From contig NIVC01000532.1 of the NCBI GenBank assembly GCA_002269645.1, positions 310,001 through 374,000 on the forward strand: a DNA stretch of 64,000 bases, written 5' to 3'. The position numbers were made by a program, and so were the translations under genes. Of this stretch, positions 28,013 to 40,439 are shown piece by piece. This stretch comes from Macrostomum lignano (lineage: Eukaryota). The notes beneath the pieces are model-generated. The model was not told where the DNA came from. It did no database searches and saw only the letters and a program-made list of their open reading frames with translations. Each line of letters starts with the position of its first letter. The first letter of the stretch is position 1.

Positions 28013-28870
28013 TTTTTTACCCAAAATTTTTAAGTCTATATATAGGCATATAACAAACACTAATACCATGCAAGTTGATATTTAAATGAAAGAGAACAAC
28101 TTAAAGATTATTCTGCAACAAGGAATTAGCAATATATTTACTTTTAGTGAAAGATGTTTGCTGGCAAACTTTGCACTTTAAATAAGTATGAATTTTTGCG
28201 AGTTTATATGGTTTTAGAAAAACTTTGAAATCCTTAGAAATACTTCATCTTTTTGAATCGAATAAAAAGTAAAACACAGATTACTTTCTGTTTTGTAAAT
28301 AGTAAAAAAATAGCCTTCTCTAAGGCCCAGAAGTCTTAAAATTAATTGTTTTTTAATGAAAAAAGTGAAACAAAAAATTGCAAATCAGTCAACTCGGACT
28401 TTTAAAATGCTTTTTTGTGGTTTTTTCTTATTTATTCAATGATTATAAAACCCGAAAACAATAGTTTTTATCCAGAACTATTTTTAAAAACCTATCTATC
28501 TTTCAAAAACCTTTTTTTAAATACATTACTTTCCATCAAATGTCCACAGATTTGTTTTACCAATTTATCCCACATTTTTGGATTTTGCCATATAGTAAGG
28601 TAATGGAATAAGGTAAGGTATGTTGATGAATTTGGTGGCACCCACTTATCTTACTACAAAAAAAAATTAATATTAATAAATCTTAAAACTATTTATAATG
28701 TTTTAGCTATCTTTAGAACAATGTATAAATACAACTTTGTTTAAAAAGAATTAGTTTACCAAAATGAAACCTGATTCATGCCTAGCTAGAGCTTTAGCTA
28801 TGATAATATCAATAAATAGACTTCTCCAAGACGAAAAATGAAAGATAGGCTTAATTGAAGGAAAACTTAC

Positions 28871-28889
28871 CATTAACTTTTGATGACAT
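28871..28889 (-). CDS. R3HCC1L-like gene, putative first coding exon (MSSKVN + G)
   Basis: ATGTCATCAAAAGTTAATG followed by a consensus gtaagt donor on the minus strand. The phase-1 end matches the phase-1 acceptor at 25543. The exon is short and AT-rich, so the assignment rests on phase fit and donor quality only. Confidence 0.5.
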
Positions 28890-29882
28890 CAAAATTTACT
28901 TCTTTGACTCTTTAACAAATTTATTTCATCAATAAATGAAATATAATGCTAAAAGTTGTATTACTAAGGATATTTCAAGTGTTGTTTTAACTTTAGTTTA
29001 AATTCAGATTTAGTTATATAGATTTAGAATTTGACAATTGCAATAACTTTCTTCTAGAGCTAGCTAGCTAGGCCTAGAACTTCAAAATCTTACACTTATA
29101 CTACAGTGACAAGGGAAAGCGAATTTAATGTAGCAAAAAAGAAAGGTGATACAGAACTTGTTCTAGATCAGATTGTAGAATGGTTTGTTTTGTGTGGGTA
29201 GGAGTAATAATAAATTAGGCCTATGTAAAGGGAGGGTACTGAAGAAAATAAATTACACAATAAAAATGAACCTAGGATGTAGGCCTAATGTAAGTTATTT
29301 AAATTATTAAAAATAAGGAAACAAACACAATATTAGGATAGCACTTATGTGCATTTACCAGCTAGGCCATCGCCAATCAGGCAAAAATTAATGTATCCTA
29401 CGTCGCATCTTACTAGGCAGTAAGCATCAGAAAGAACGCGTTTAAACTGGCCGCTTAATAAACGTCATTCAAATTTGCAGCAAAATTACAAGAAAAAGTT
29501 CCTACACTTTGACCTCAGAATTTTACAAGAAAGCCAAATTAAAATCATATATGTAATGAAGTTTTTTAATAGGTACAGAAACTTGATTTATGTTATACAG
29601 ATTACTATATTTACTAAAGTTTTGTTGTACCAGTTGTCTAAAACAAATTTCCGTGTTAAAATCAAGGGCATGGAACGTACGCTGCAACACGAATTTATGC
29701 TTAGAGTCTAATACAGATAGGACTAAGTTACTAACTCCATAACTTCTTAAAACACCTAATTAATTGATCATTACTATAATACAGTAGAATAATTTTATTT
29801 TGTGTTTTCACCTATACATAATTTTAAGAAGTGTCATTTCTTTCTGCTCTATTCAAAATCAAACTAAGGTCAAGGACTAAAA
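28890..29882. promoter_or_regulatory. Putative bidirectional promoter between R3HCC1L-like and PHB2
   Basis: Divergent start codons about 1 kb apart; AT-rich, with a CCAAT near 29373. Position inferred only. Confidence 0.45.
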
Positions 29883-29982
29883 ATGAGTATGTTTAACATG
29901 TTCAAAAAAGCAACAGCTGGTAGTGGCTTTCTTGCTGCTGCTGCTGTTGCCACATATGGCGCGTACAATTCATTCTTTACAG
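29883..29982 (+). CDS. PHB2: Prohibitin-2 exon 1 (MSMFNMFKKATAGSGFLAAAAVATYGAYNSFFT)
   Basis: Hydrophobic anchor ending YNSFFT, then donor G|gtcagt in phase 1, joining exon 2 as V-ETGHRAILF. The exact start (Met1, Met3 or Met6) is uncertain. Confidence 0.85.
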
Positions 29983-31347
29983 GTCAGTTTCTTTTTTTCC
30001 AAACTTATTCATCCAATAATTTATTTTTTGTTTAGTAATATAGCATCTAGCATTTTTTTTAACTTACCAATAAATTTTCAATGTCAAAACATAGTGAGTG
30101 ATGACTCTCTATGTATCTTTTGTTTACTTTAATGCCATGATAAGGATTATACAAAAGGTATGCAAAACATTGAACAAGTCTAAATTTTATACTTTAAATT
30201 TTAAATTTTTTAAGTAGGCAATGGCTTTTTGGATTTATTATATAGTATTATTACAAGCATTCAAGCAAGCATACAAACCTTAGAGATTTAGTATATTTAG
30301 ATTATAGATAATTAGATAATATTAGGCTATATAGCCAATATTTGTTATAAATATTACTATTAGAAAAAGTCTTAGCAGTTTTATATATTGATTTTTGAAA
30401 CATATATTGTTTTACAATTAAATAATGTTTAATACTTAGATTAGAAAATATTTCTAAATTAAATGTTCTAGATAATATTTTTATTAGGATTTTTTGCATT
30501 ATTAGACTTGTCTCATATTAATCAATAGCCATACTATGGATCATGTTTGAGTATATGCTAGAATATACAACAAGGAAACTTTGGTTTGCATATTAATAAT
30601 ATCCTATGCTTTCTAATTGCATACCATGTTTACCAATTATATGCTCAATAAAGAACCCTATCCTTGATTTTCTATTAAAAATAACAAAAATATCCATATA
30701 AAGATATTCAATTTCCTATAGTATAAAAATAAATTTGAAAAATATATCAAGGTCTACTTAAATCTACAAAGGGATTAGCAATTCAATGTATAAATACCCC
30801 ATACTCAAGAAGGTATAGACCTATATTATGGTAAAAAAATTTGGTATTATATAAACAAATAATATTCTTTATAGTCATAAAGATTGCCTTTGCTATAGAC
30901 AATTTTTTTAGAAATACAAAGAGCATATAATCATGATGCACACAAGGGTCCCTGATGTACTTGGTATATAATCATGGTCATTAGGCCACTCACTTATTCT
31001 CCTAAAATAGAAGAGTAGGCCAGTATGCATAGCAATGTACAATACATTCATGTGCAACCTTGGGAATCACCCAGCCATTTCTATTGGCAATGTACACATG
31101 TAAGTCACTATTGGCTGAGAGCAGTCACATGATTGCTATTTTGTCCAATAGAAATGGCTGGGTAGAATTTCTCACTAAACTGTTCTAGGTTGCCTAACTA
31201 ATATTCTAACAGTTCAACAGTGGATAAGCAAGACAGAATCAATAAGATAGACCTAGCGCAAAACCAAAAGGTATCACAAATGGCATCTCAACTAGATGGT
31301 CTAGTCAATAATTAATTTCTCTTCACCAACCACACTACTGTTGGCAG

Positions 31348-31429
31348 TGGAGACTGGCCACCGGGCTATCCTATTCAGTCGTATTGGTGGACTCAAGGAT
31401 GAGCAGCTGCGCGAAGGATTGCACTTTCG
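31348..31429 (+). CDS. PHB2: Prohibitin-2 exon 2 (VETGHRAILFSRIGGLKDEQLREGLHFR)
   Basis: ggcag|TG acceptor and CG|gtgagg donor; classic prohibitin GHRAI.F.RIGG...EGLHF motif. Confidence 0.93.
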
Positions 31430-31462
31430 GTGAGGCATTTAATTTAATTAGTACCTTCTTAT

Positions 31463-31986
31463 GATCCTCCGTTGCTGGGCCAGCCTCCCAGATCCGCAGT
31501 TGCTGGGCCAGCCCCCCCCCAGATCCTCAGTTGCTGGGTCAGTCTCTCAGATCCTCAGTTGCTGGGCCAGCCTCCCAGATCCTCAGTTGCTGGGCCAGCC
31601 TCCCAGATCCTCAGTTGCTGGGCCAGCCTCCCAGATCCTCAGTTGCTGGGCCAGCCTCCCAGATCCTCAGTTGCTGGGCAGCCAGCCTCCCAGATCCTCA
31701 GTTGCTGGGCAGCCAGCCTCCAGATCCTCAGTTGCTAGGCCAGCCTCCCAGATCCTCAGTAGCTGGGCCAGCTTCCCAGATCCTCAGTTGCTGGGCCAGC
31801 CCTCCAGTGTCAGTCGCTGTGCTAGCCTCCCAGATCCTCAATCGCTGGGCCAGCCTCCCAGATGCTCAGTCGCTGGGCCAGCTTCTCAAATCCTCAGTCG
31901 CTGGGCCAGCCTCTCAAATTCTCAATCGCTGGGCCAGCCTCTCAAATCCTCAGTCGCTGGACCAGCCTCTCAAATCCTCAGTTGCT
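31463..31986 (+). repeat. 28-bp minisatellite filling PHB2 intron 2 (GTTGCTGGGCCAGCCTCCCAGATCCTCA)
   Basis: About 18 copies between donor 31430 and acceptor 32006. Confidence 0.95.
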
Positions 31987-32006
31987 ACAACTCTTCCCAC
32001 CACCAG

Positions 32007-32271
32007 CATCCCGTGGCTGCATCGGCCCATCATCTACGACATCCGCTCGAAGCCGCGCCAGATCAGCAGCCCAACTGGCAGCAAAGACCTGCAGACTGTC
32101 AATATCACACTGCGAGTTCTGTGCCGACCCGACGCATCTGATCTGCAGAATTTGTACCGCAGACTGGGCCCGAACTATGACGAACGCGTCCTGCCCAGCA
32201 TTGTTAACGAAGTGCTGAAAGCGGTTGTGGCCAAATTTAATGCCAGTCAGCTGATTACTCAGCGATCACAG
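32007..32271 (+). CDS. PHB2: Prohibitin-2 exon 3 ([17 protein letters not shown]...SQLITQRSQ)
   Basis: ccaccag|C acceptor and CAG|gtaagt donor; SPFH domain with [16 protein letters not shown] and [30 protein letters not shown]. Confidence 0.96.
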
Positions 32272-32354
32272 GTAAGTTAATGGGTTTATTTTCCATTATT
32301 TGCTGTTGATTACTTTATTTTCGATACATATCGGCTATCCAAATAGTAAATGGG

Positions 32355-32640
32355 TTTATCTGGAAATTGTGGGTAGGTTTACCTGGAAATTGTGGGTAGG
32401 TTTACCTGGAAATTGTGGGTAGGTTTGCCTGGGAATTGTGGGTAGGTTTACCTGGGTATTATGGGTAGGTTTACCTGGGTATTATAGGTAGGTTTACCTG
32501 GGTATTATGGGTAGGTTTACCTGAGTATAATGGGTAGGTTTACCTGAGTATTATGGGTAGGTTTACCTGGGTATTATGGGTAGGTTTACCTGGGTATTAT
32601 AGGTAGGTTTACCTGAGTATTATGGGTAGGTTTACCTGGA
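32355..32640. repeat. 23-bp minisatellite in PHB2 intron 3 (GGTAGGTTTACCTGGGTATTATG)
   Basis: About 12 copies. Confidence 0.93.
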
Positions 32641-32816
32641 TTTGGATGGTTGGTTTCAACTACCAGACACTGGTTTTGGTTTAAATCGGAAAGCTCAGCT
32701 TCTTTGCTGCAAAGTAGACGATTCTATCTGAATATGGTGTATAATATATAGTTTTACTTACTGTTATATTTGCTTTCGATACATATCGTTAATCTAAACT
32801 TGTTTCAAACTAACAG

Positions 32817-33239
32817 GTGTCGCTGCTAATCCGCAAGAACTTAATGGAACGGGCTCGCGATTTCAACGTCATTGTGGACGACGTGTCCATCACGGATCTG
32901 TCATTCTCGCAGGTGTACGCGGCCGCTGTTGAGGCCAAGCAGATCGCCCAGCAGGAGGCTCAGCGCGCCCAATTTTATGTTGAACGGGCCAGGCAGGAGC
33001 GCCAACAGAAGGTGGTGCAAGCTGAAGGCGAAGCCGAAGCTGCCAGGCTTATTGGCGAAGCTGTCAGCCTCAATCCGGGCTATTTGAAGTTGCGCAAGAT
33101 TAAAGCGGCCCAAGGCATTGCTAGGACGCTTGCCCAATCGCAGAATCGGGCCTATCTTGACGGCAGCGCTCTGATGATGAATCTGCAGGATCCGGCGTTT
33201 GACGAGCGAGTAGAAACCGGCGTTAAAAAGCGTCGTTGA
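32817..33239 (+). CDS. PHB2: Prohibitin-2 exon 4 (to stop)
   Basis: ctaacag|GTG acceptor; VSLLIRKNL...[17 protein letters not shown]...[29 protein letters not shown] is PHB2-type. The four exons total 870 nt (289 aa). AATAAA at 33300-33305. Confidence 0.96.
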   Translation: MSLLIRKNLMERARDFNVIVDDVSITDLSFSQVYAAAVEAKQIAQQEAQRAQFYVERARQERQQKVVQAEGEAEAARLIGEAVSLNPGYLKLRKIKAAQGIARTLAQSQNRAYLDGSALMMNLQDPAFDERVETGVKKRR

Positions 33240-33299
33240 AAAAATGATGGATTGATTGTTTCATTTCTTCGGTACGTTTGTTAATTGACCATCTCGAGG

Positions 33300-33305
33300 A
33301 ATAAA
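33300..33305 (+). promoter_or_regulatory. Putative polyadenylation signal of PHB2
   Basis: AATAAA about 60 nt after the stop, followed by U-rich sequence. Confidence 0.55.
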
Positions 33306-33769
33306 TAGGTTTTTGTTAAATTTGCTTTTTTGTCGTTAAAACAAAAAATATGTTAAAAGTCTATATTGGCTACTACTATCAGTAGACTAAATTTGCTAGT
33401 TTATTTTCTGTAGCGTTTCATTGAAATGTATGCGGGTTACACTATGAGTAGCATATTGTTTAGGCCTTTAGCTACCTGTTAATTTATAAAATATTTTACA
33501 GGCTTATTATTGTCTGTTTTTGCCGGTTAATATAAATCACTACTTATTAAAATAAAATTTGTGTCTAACCATCGGTGTTCCGAGTCCACCTTTTGTTACG
33601 CCATGTTGCATTCATTTCAAGGAAAGTGCTTGATCTGAAATCTCATTAGTCATGCTTCTGAGTTGTTTAGTTTTGACTATATTGCTCAATGTCCCTGGGT
33701 GTCTATAAATTAGCTGATGTCTTCCCATAATGTGCTAATTACCCACTTAGTTGTCCCTAATATCCTAAT

Positions 33770-34335
33770 CGTCCCTAATAATATCCTAATCGTTCCTAAA
33801 ATTATCCTGATCGTCCCTAATACTAATAGTATCCTAATCGTCCCTAATAGTATCCTAATCATCCCTTATAATGTTTTAATCGTCCCTAATAGTATCTTAA
33901 TCGCCCCTAATACTATCCTAATCGTCCCTAATAGTATCCTAATCGTCCCTAATCGTATCTTAATCGCCCGTAATAATATCCTAATCGTCCCTAATAGTAT
34001 CCTAATCGTCCCTAATAGTATCCTAATCGTCCCTAATAGTATCCTAATCGTCCCTTATAATGTTTTAATCGCCCCTAATAATATCCTAATCGTCCCTAAT
34101 AGTATCCTAAAAGTCCCTTATAATGCTTTAATTGTCCCTAATAGTATCTTAATCGCCCGTAATAATATCCTAATCGTCCCTAATAGTATCCTAATCGTCC
34201 CTAATAGTATCCTAATCGTCCCTTATAATGTTTTAATCGCCCCTAATAATATCCTAATCGTCCCTAATAGTATCCTAAAAGTCCCTTATAATGCTTTAAT
34301 TGTCCCTAATAATATCCTAATTAATCGTTCCTAAT
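33770..34335. repeat. 21-bp minisatellite (AATAGTATCCTAATCGTCCCT)
   Basis: About 27 copies. Confidence 0.93.
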
Positions 34336-34894
34336 ATTCTAACGCTATCTAATATCCTCATTGAGCATCGAAATGCCAATAGGCAATCATCTGCTGCACT
34401 TAACCATTTACTGGCCTTCCAAAGCGACACAGATCTGGTCGCATGCAATGGGAGGTCGCTATAATATAGCATTGGCATAGTTGTCGGCAGCCATTGTAAA
34501 TTCTTTCGCAGCAATGGACTGCGTAACAGCACACTTAAGTCGCTCTGTAGAGCCAGTCTTGCTTTCTTACGCAAGACGCAAGAATGCTGGCGCACCAAGT
34601 TTAAGTCAACTGTCCCTTCTAATAACCTCTGCATTATGTGGTCGACCAGTAATGGATAGAAAGAAAAGCATTTATGGGGGCAAGTTATAGAAAAAGGCAT
34701 AATGTGCCACTTGCTTTTGCATGTACATGTATGTCCATACCAATTCATTCTGCACGGAACACGGCGTCCCTTTGTCAGCTTTAGTTTGTAGCGCTGATAT
34801 TGGATTTTTATTTCTATATTTTACTCACCTCATGAGTGATTGATTTGCACTGAAATTCACGCCACTGGGCATACGAAATGGCGCCTGTAGCTCA

Positions 34895-36060
34895 GAGTGA
34901 TACCAAATGGCAGAGTCACACCAAATGGCACTGAGTGATACCAAAATGGCACTGAGTGATACCAAACGGCACAGAGTGATACCAAACGGCACAGAGTGAT
35001 ACCAAATGGCACAGAATGATACCAAATGGCAGAGTCACACCAAATGGCACTGAGTGATACCAAAATGGCACTGAGTGATACCAAACGGCACAGAGTGATA
35101 CCAAACGGCACAGAGTGATACCAAATGGCACAGAATGATACCTCATGGCACAGAGTGACACCAAATGGCACAGAGTGATACCAAATGGCACAGAACGATA
35201 CCAAATGGCACAGAGTGACACCAAATGGCACAGAGTGACACCAAATGGCACAGAGTGATACCAAATGGCACAGAATGATACCAAATGGCACAGAATGACA
35301 CCAAATGGCACAGAATGATACCAAATGGCACAGAGTGATACCAAATGGCACAGAGTGACACCAAATGGCACAGAGTGATACCAAATGGCACAGAATGATA
35401 CCAAATGGCACAGAGTGACACCAAATGGCACAGAATGATACCAAATGGCACAGAGTGATACCAAATGGCACAGAGTGATACCAAATGGCACAGAGTGACA
35501 CCAAATGGCACAGAGTGATACCTCATGGCACAGAGTGACACCAAATGGCACAGAGTGATACCAAATGGCACAGAATGATACCAAATGGCACAGAGTGATA
35601 CCAAATGGCACAGAGTGACACCAAATGGCACAGAGTGACACTAAATGGCACAGAGTGATACCTCATGGCACAGAGTGATACCTCATGGCACAGAGTAACA
35701 CCAAATGGCACAGAGTGATACCAAATGGCACAGAGTGATACCTCATGGCACAGAGTGATACCTCATGGCACAGAGTGACACCCATGGCACACAGAGTGAC
35801 ACCCATGGCACACAGAGTGACACCCATGGCACACAGAGTGACACCCATGGCACACAGAGTGACACCCATGGCACACAGAGTGACACCCATGGCACACAGA
35901 GTGACACCCATGGCACACAGAGTGACACCCATGGCACACAGAGTGACACCCATGGCACACAGAGTGACACCATGGAACACACAGTGACACCCATGGCACA
36001 CAGAGTGACACCCATGGCACACAGAGTGACACCCATGGCACACAGAGTGACACCCATGGC
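34895..36060. repeat. Compound 20-bp then 21-bp minisatellite
   Basis: GCACAGAGTGATACCAAATG switches to GGCACACAGAGTGACACCCAT near 35770. Confidence 0.96.
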
Positions 36061-36629
36061 ATTCTCACAAAAAGATCAATCGAAAAAATCAATGCCAATT
36101 CGCCAATGGATTAAGATAACTAACTAAGCAAATGTCCCTCCTGACACTCGATCGCCGCTTGCAGTTGGTTTAATTGTATCAGTCTGGCGCGAGGCGAAGC
36201 GACAAGTCGCGAGTCGGAGGCGAGGCAATCCAAAGAGAGAATTTCTCGCCGAGAAAAAGAGACAAAAGGCGCCTCCGACAGAGCTGGCGGGAACGGGAAT
36301 AAGGGGGTCTTTTGTTCTCCACAAGGATATCGAATCACTCGGGGGACGCGAGGGAAAGCGATATCTCTGTTTCAGAGAAGGGAGAAAAGACTTGGCACTC
36401 GAAATGAAGCATGGAGCATTGCAGAAGAGGATACATAGGAGGTTCGGAGGGGCTCGAAAATGGAGCGAAGTCGAGACATAATTGCTGGTGCAGCGGTCAA
36501 GAGAGCTTTCGTGCTCGTGTGTTGAATTTTCACACTGCTGTTAAAGTGAAGGCAAGGCGGTGTGAAGCACAGGTGCAGAGAAAGTGGGATGGGAATAACT
36601 CGGTTTGTGACTGTCAGGCGAGGCGCTGT

Positions 36630-37440
36630 GAATCACGCCTGAGGAAGAGTGAAGCTCAGGTGAGGTTTGTGAATCACGCCTGGGGAAGAGTGAAGCTCAG
36701 GTGAGGTTTGTGAATCACGCCTGGGGAAGAGTGAAGCTCAGGTGAGGTTTGTGAATCACGCCTGAGGAAGAGTGAAGCTCAGGTGAGGTTTGTGAATCAC
36801 GCCTGAGGAAGAGTGAAGCTCAGGTGAGGTTTGTGAATCACGCCTGAGGAAGAGTGAAGCTCAGGTGAGGTTTGTGAATCACGCCTGGGGAAGAGTGAAG
36901 CTCAGGTGAGGTTTGTGAATCACGCCTGGGAAGAGTGAAGCTCAGGTGAGGTTTGTGAATCACGCCTGAGGAAGAGTGAAGCTTAGGTGAGGTTTGTGAA
37001 TCACGCCTGAGGAAGAGTGAAGCTCAGGTGAGGTTTGTGAATCACGCCTGAGGAAGAGTGAAGCTCAGGTGAGGTTTGTGAATCACGCCTGAGGAAGAGT
37101 GAAGCTCAGGTGAGGTTTGTGAATCACGCCTGGGGAAGAGTGAAGCTCAGGTGAGGTTTGTGAATCACGCCTGAGGAAGAGTGAAGCTCAGGTGAGGTTT
37201 GTGAATCACGCCTGAGGAAGAGTGAAGCTCAGGTGAGGTTTGTGAATCACGCCTGGGGAAGAGTGAAGCTCAGGTGAGGTTTGTAAATCACGCCTGAGGA
37301 AGAGTGAAGCTCAGGTGAGGTTTGTAAATCACGCCTGAGGAAGAGTGAAGCTCAGGTGAGGTTTGTGAATCACGCCTGAGGAAGAGTGAAGCTTAGGTGA
37401 GGTTTGTGAATCACGCCTGAGGAAGAGTGAAGCTCAGGTG
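36630..37440. repeat. 41-bp minisatellite with internal hairpin
   Basis: Unit GTGAATCACGCCTGAGGAAGAGTGAAGCTCAGGTGAGGTTT, about 20 copies; decayed GTGAATCA monomers continue to about 37640. Confidence 0.96.
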
Positions 37441-38133
37441 AGACTTGTGAACGAGCGTGAATCATGTTTGAATCACGCGTTACGGGAGTGTGAATTATGC
37501 TAAAGTGAGTGTGAATCATGCCTGAGAGAATATGAATCATGTCTGGAGGAGTGTGAATCATGTCTAAAAAAGTGCAAATCACGCGTGATCGAGTGTGAAT
37601 CATATCTGGGAGATTGTGAATCATGTCTAAGTGAGTGTCTGAAGTCCAACGCAAGGCATTGTAAATCACAGGTAGAGGGCCATCTTTGTAAACGACACAT
37701 CGAGAGTCTATTGAAATCCACCAATGAATCAAAAAATGTTGTTGCTGTTTTCATTTCAGACTGCGCTTATTCAATGTTAGTAATCCATGGTGAGAAGAGA
37801 TGGCTAAACTAATATCCCTTTGGTGGGCATCTGAGGTGGGGAGGGATTCATATTGCCTTGACGAATCCCCGAGCGATGCCATTGGGGGTGGCGTCAGCCT
37901 GTCACGTTTCGCGAGGGAGGAGAGGAGGAGCGCAGAGAAGCGACCTGAGTGGTTGACGCCTCCCTGCCGCCACCTGTGGGGAGGGGGGGGGGGTTTGGGA
38001 GACTGGCTGGGGACCAGGCGGTTCAAAAATTGAAAGTAACGATAAGAACAGGCATGCCAGAAACTTTGCCGCACTTTGCTTTGAAAATTGAAAAATAATC
38101 GAACTTACTCGCAATTAGCGATAGAAATTTCGA

Positions 38134-38522
38134 ATGGCATTCAGTCCGTTCGCCGCTCTTCCTGCTGCAAGTTCGTCAGCTTCTGACGAGCAGCAGCAGC
38201 AGCAGCAGCATCACCAGCTTCATCTTGGCTCCAGCAAGGCTGCCGCCGCTGCTTTGAATTTTTCCGCTGCACTGGCAGCCGCTTTCGCCAGCCAGACTCA
38301 CGCTGGACAGCAGCCGCCGCCTCTGCCGCCACCGCCGCTGCCACTGGGCCTGCTGCCGTCGTCCGAGCATCATACGTCGGCGGCTTCTCAGTCGAGCCAG
38401 CAACCGTCGCAGCCTGCCGACACTGATTTCAAAGACGACCCGAAGGTTGAACTGATTGAGAGGGAGCTGTGGCATCAGTTTCACGGATTTGGCACGGAGA
38501 TGGTCATCACTAAGAGTGGCCG
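38134..38522 (+). CDS. tbx2/3: T-box transcription factor Tbx2/3 (omb-like), exon 1
   Basis: MAFSPF (compare Tbx2/3 MAYHPF) through [30 protein letters not shown]; phase-2 donor CG|gttggt. Confidence 0.92.
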
Positions 38523-38654
38523 GTTGGTGAACTCGTTCTGTCGTGCTATCGCTTCTGCCTTATCTTGGGCGTTTATGGCTTAAAATACGAGCTACATTAG
38601 AATTGCATTAGAAGTTCAATTGAGCACGATTAGAATTTCAGTGGGACATCGTTA

Positions 38655-39240
38655 GGGTTTCATTAGAAGAGCTGCATTAGGGTTTTATTAGAAGAACTGC
38701 ATTAGGGTTTCATTAGAAGAGCTGCATTAGGGTTTTATTAGAAGAGCTGCATTAGGGTTTCATTAGAAGAGCTGCATTAGGGTTTTATTAGAAGAGATGC
38801 ATTAGGGTTTTATTAGAAGAGCTGCATTAGGGTTTCATTAGAAGAGATGCATTAGGGTTTTATTAGAAGAGCTGCATTAGGGTTTCATTAGAAGAGCTGC
38901 ATTAGGGTTTTATTAGAAGAGATGCATTAGGGTTTTATTAGAAGAGCTGCATTAGGGTTTTATTAGAAGAGATGCATTAGGGTTTTATTAGAAGAGCTGC
39001 ATTAGGGTTTCATTAGAAGAGCTGCATTAGGGTTTTATTAGAAGAGCTGCATTAGGGTTTCATTAGAAGAGCTGCATTAGGGTTTTATTAGAAGAGCTGC
39101 ATTAGGGTTTTATTAGAAGAGCTGCATTAGGGTTTCATTAGAAGAGATGCATTAGGGTTTCATTAGAAGAGATGCATTAGGGTTTCATTAGAAGAGCTGC
39201 ATTAGGGTTTCATTAGAAGAGCTACATTTGATTTTTTAGA
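38655..39240. repeat. 25-bp minisatellite in Tbx2/3 intron 1 (GCATTAGGGTTTTATTAGAAGAGCT)
   Basis: About 23 copies, one TTAGGG each. Confidence 0.96.
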
Positions 39241-40310
39241 AGAGCTGCATCGGAATTCCAATAATTCTGCATATTACTAGTTTATTGGGTTATTAACATA
39301 TATGAACAACAGTTTTCATCGATGCGGTCCCCAGGCCTTTATAAAGTGGGTCGGGCTTCCACAGTCGCCGCCACTGTCTAGATATGCAGCGCATTTTGGC
39401 GCCTGCTTGTCTCCCTATCAGTTTTATTTACTGCGCAACAGGGCAAATGCAGGAATCCGGTGCTCCTCTGGTCCCCCAAGCGGTCTTTTTATCTCCACAC
39501 TTCTAATCTACCTGGTTCTCACTGTCTCCACCTTATCAGATCCCCCTTAATCCTAAATACTTCGGCGCGACCTGCCAGCGACGCCAAGGGGAGGTCATTA
39601 AACTCGGGGAAGGGGGGGGGTATTTTTCCGGCGCTTGGCCAGAAGCCGTCAAGGGGATGTTTATTGCTGCATGGTTGTTCTGTCCGTTTGCAAAAATCTC
39701 TAACATTTTCGTCTGGCATGGCAACCTTATAGCCAGAGCGATTCCCTGCAGACTCCATCTTATCAATATTGAATTCCTGCATGCGGTGTCACACGCCTGC
39801 ACAGTTCTTATAGATTTTTTCAACGATTTTAGTAACGACAAGCGTTACTATCTTTTATAACCATCGTCACAGCATTGGTAGGTGACTAGAGAGAGACTTG
39901 ACGCTACCAACATGATGGAGTAGATATCCTCTCAGCTGCAGATACTGCAGCCACACCGTGTTTAAAAGCCAATTTTTACTGGTATAGGAGGGAATTTATC
40001 TGAGTGTTCATCTCCCCGCCACTGCAGATTCTGTTGTGTTAGCAATCTGAATGCTTTTGGGATGAGACTGAGCTCACTGAGTATCATTGTTGGATGCGAT
40101 TTTTTAAACAGGCACTCATGTGCCATTAGTAATCAAATTTGTATATTTTGTCAAGACCGTCTCAGTTATACCCTCGGATCAATCGTTAAACTAAACAATG
40201 CTCTCATGTCATTTTCCTATTTGGCTATTTTCAAATTCGAGTTCAAACGTCAATCAAGCAGATCTGAAGCAATCAATCTTCAATTCATTTGACCTCACCC
40301 GATATTTCAG

Positions 40311-40406
40311 TCGCATGTTCCCACCGTTCAAAGCTAAAGTGTCCGGCCTGGACAAGCGAGCCAAGTACATCATGCTGATGGATATTGTACCGATGGACGA
40401 CTGCAG
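40311..40406 (+). CDS. tbx2/3: Tbx2/3 exon 2 ([32 protein letters not shown])
   Basis: atttcag|T acceptor and AG|gtgagc donor; 96 nt, phase 2/2. Confidence 0.95.
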
Positions 40407-40439
40407 GTGAGCTTAAATTATGTCATAAAGTTTCAAATA

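Noticed and set aside
34317-34748. 143-aa minus-strand ORF between two arrays
   Set aside because: No recognisable domain or consistent exon boundaries; cannot be supported without a search.
37751-37760. TTTCAG acceptor about 375 nt upstream of the Tbx2/3 ATG (5'UTR exon or spliced-leader site)
   Set aside because: Plausible, but such motifs are common and there is no transcript evidence.
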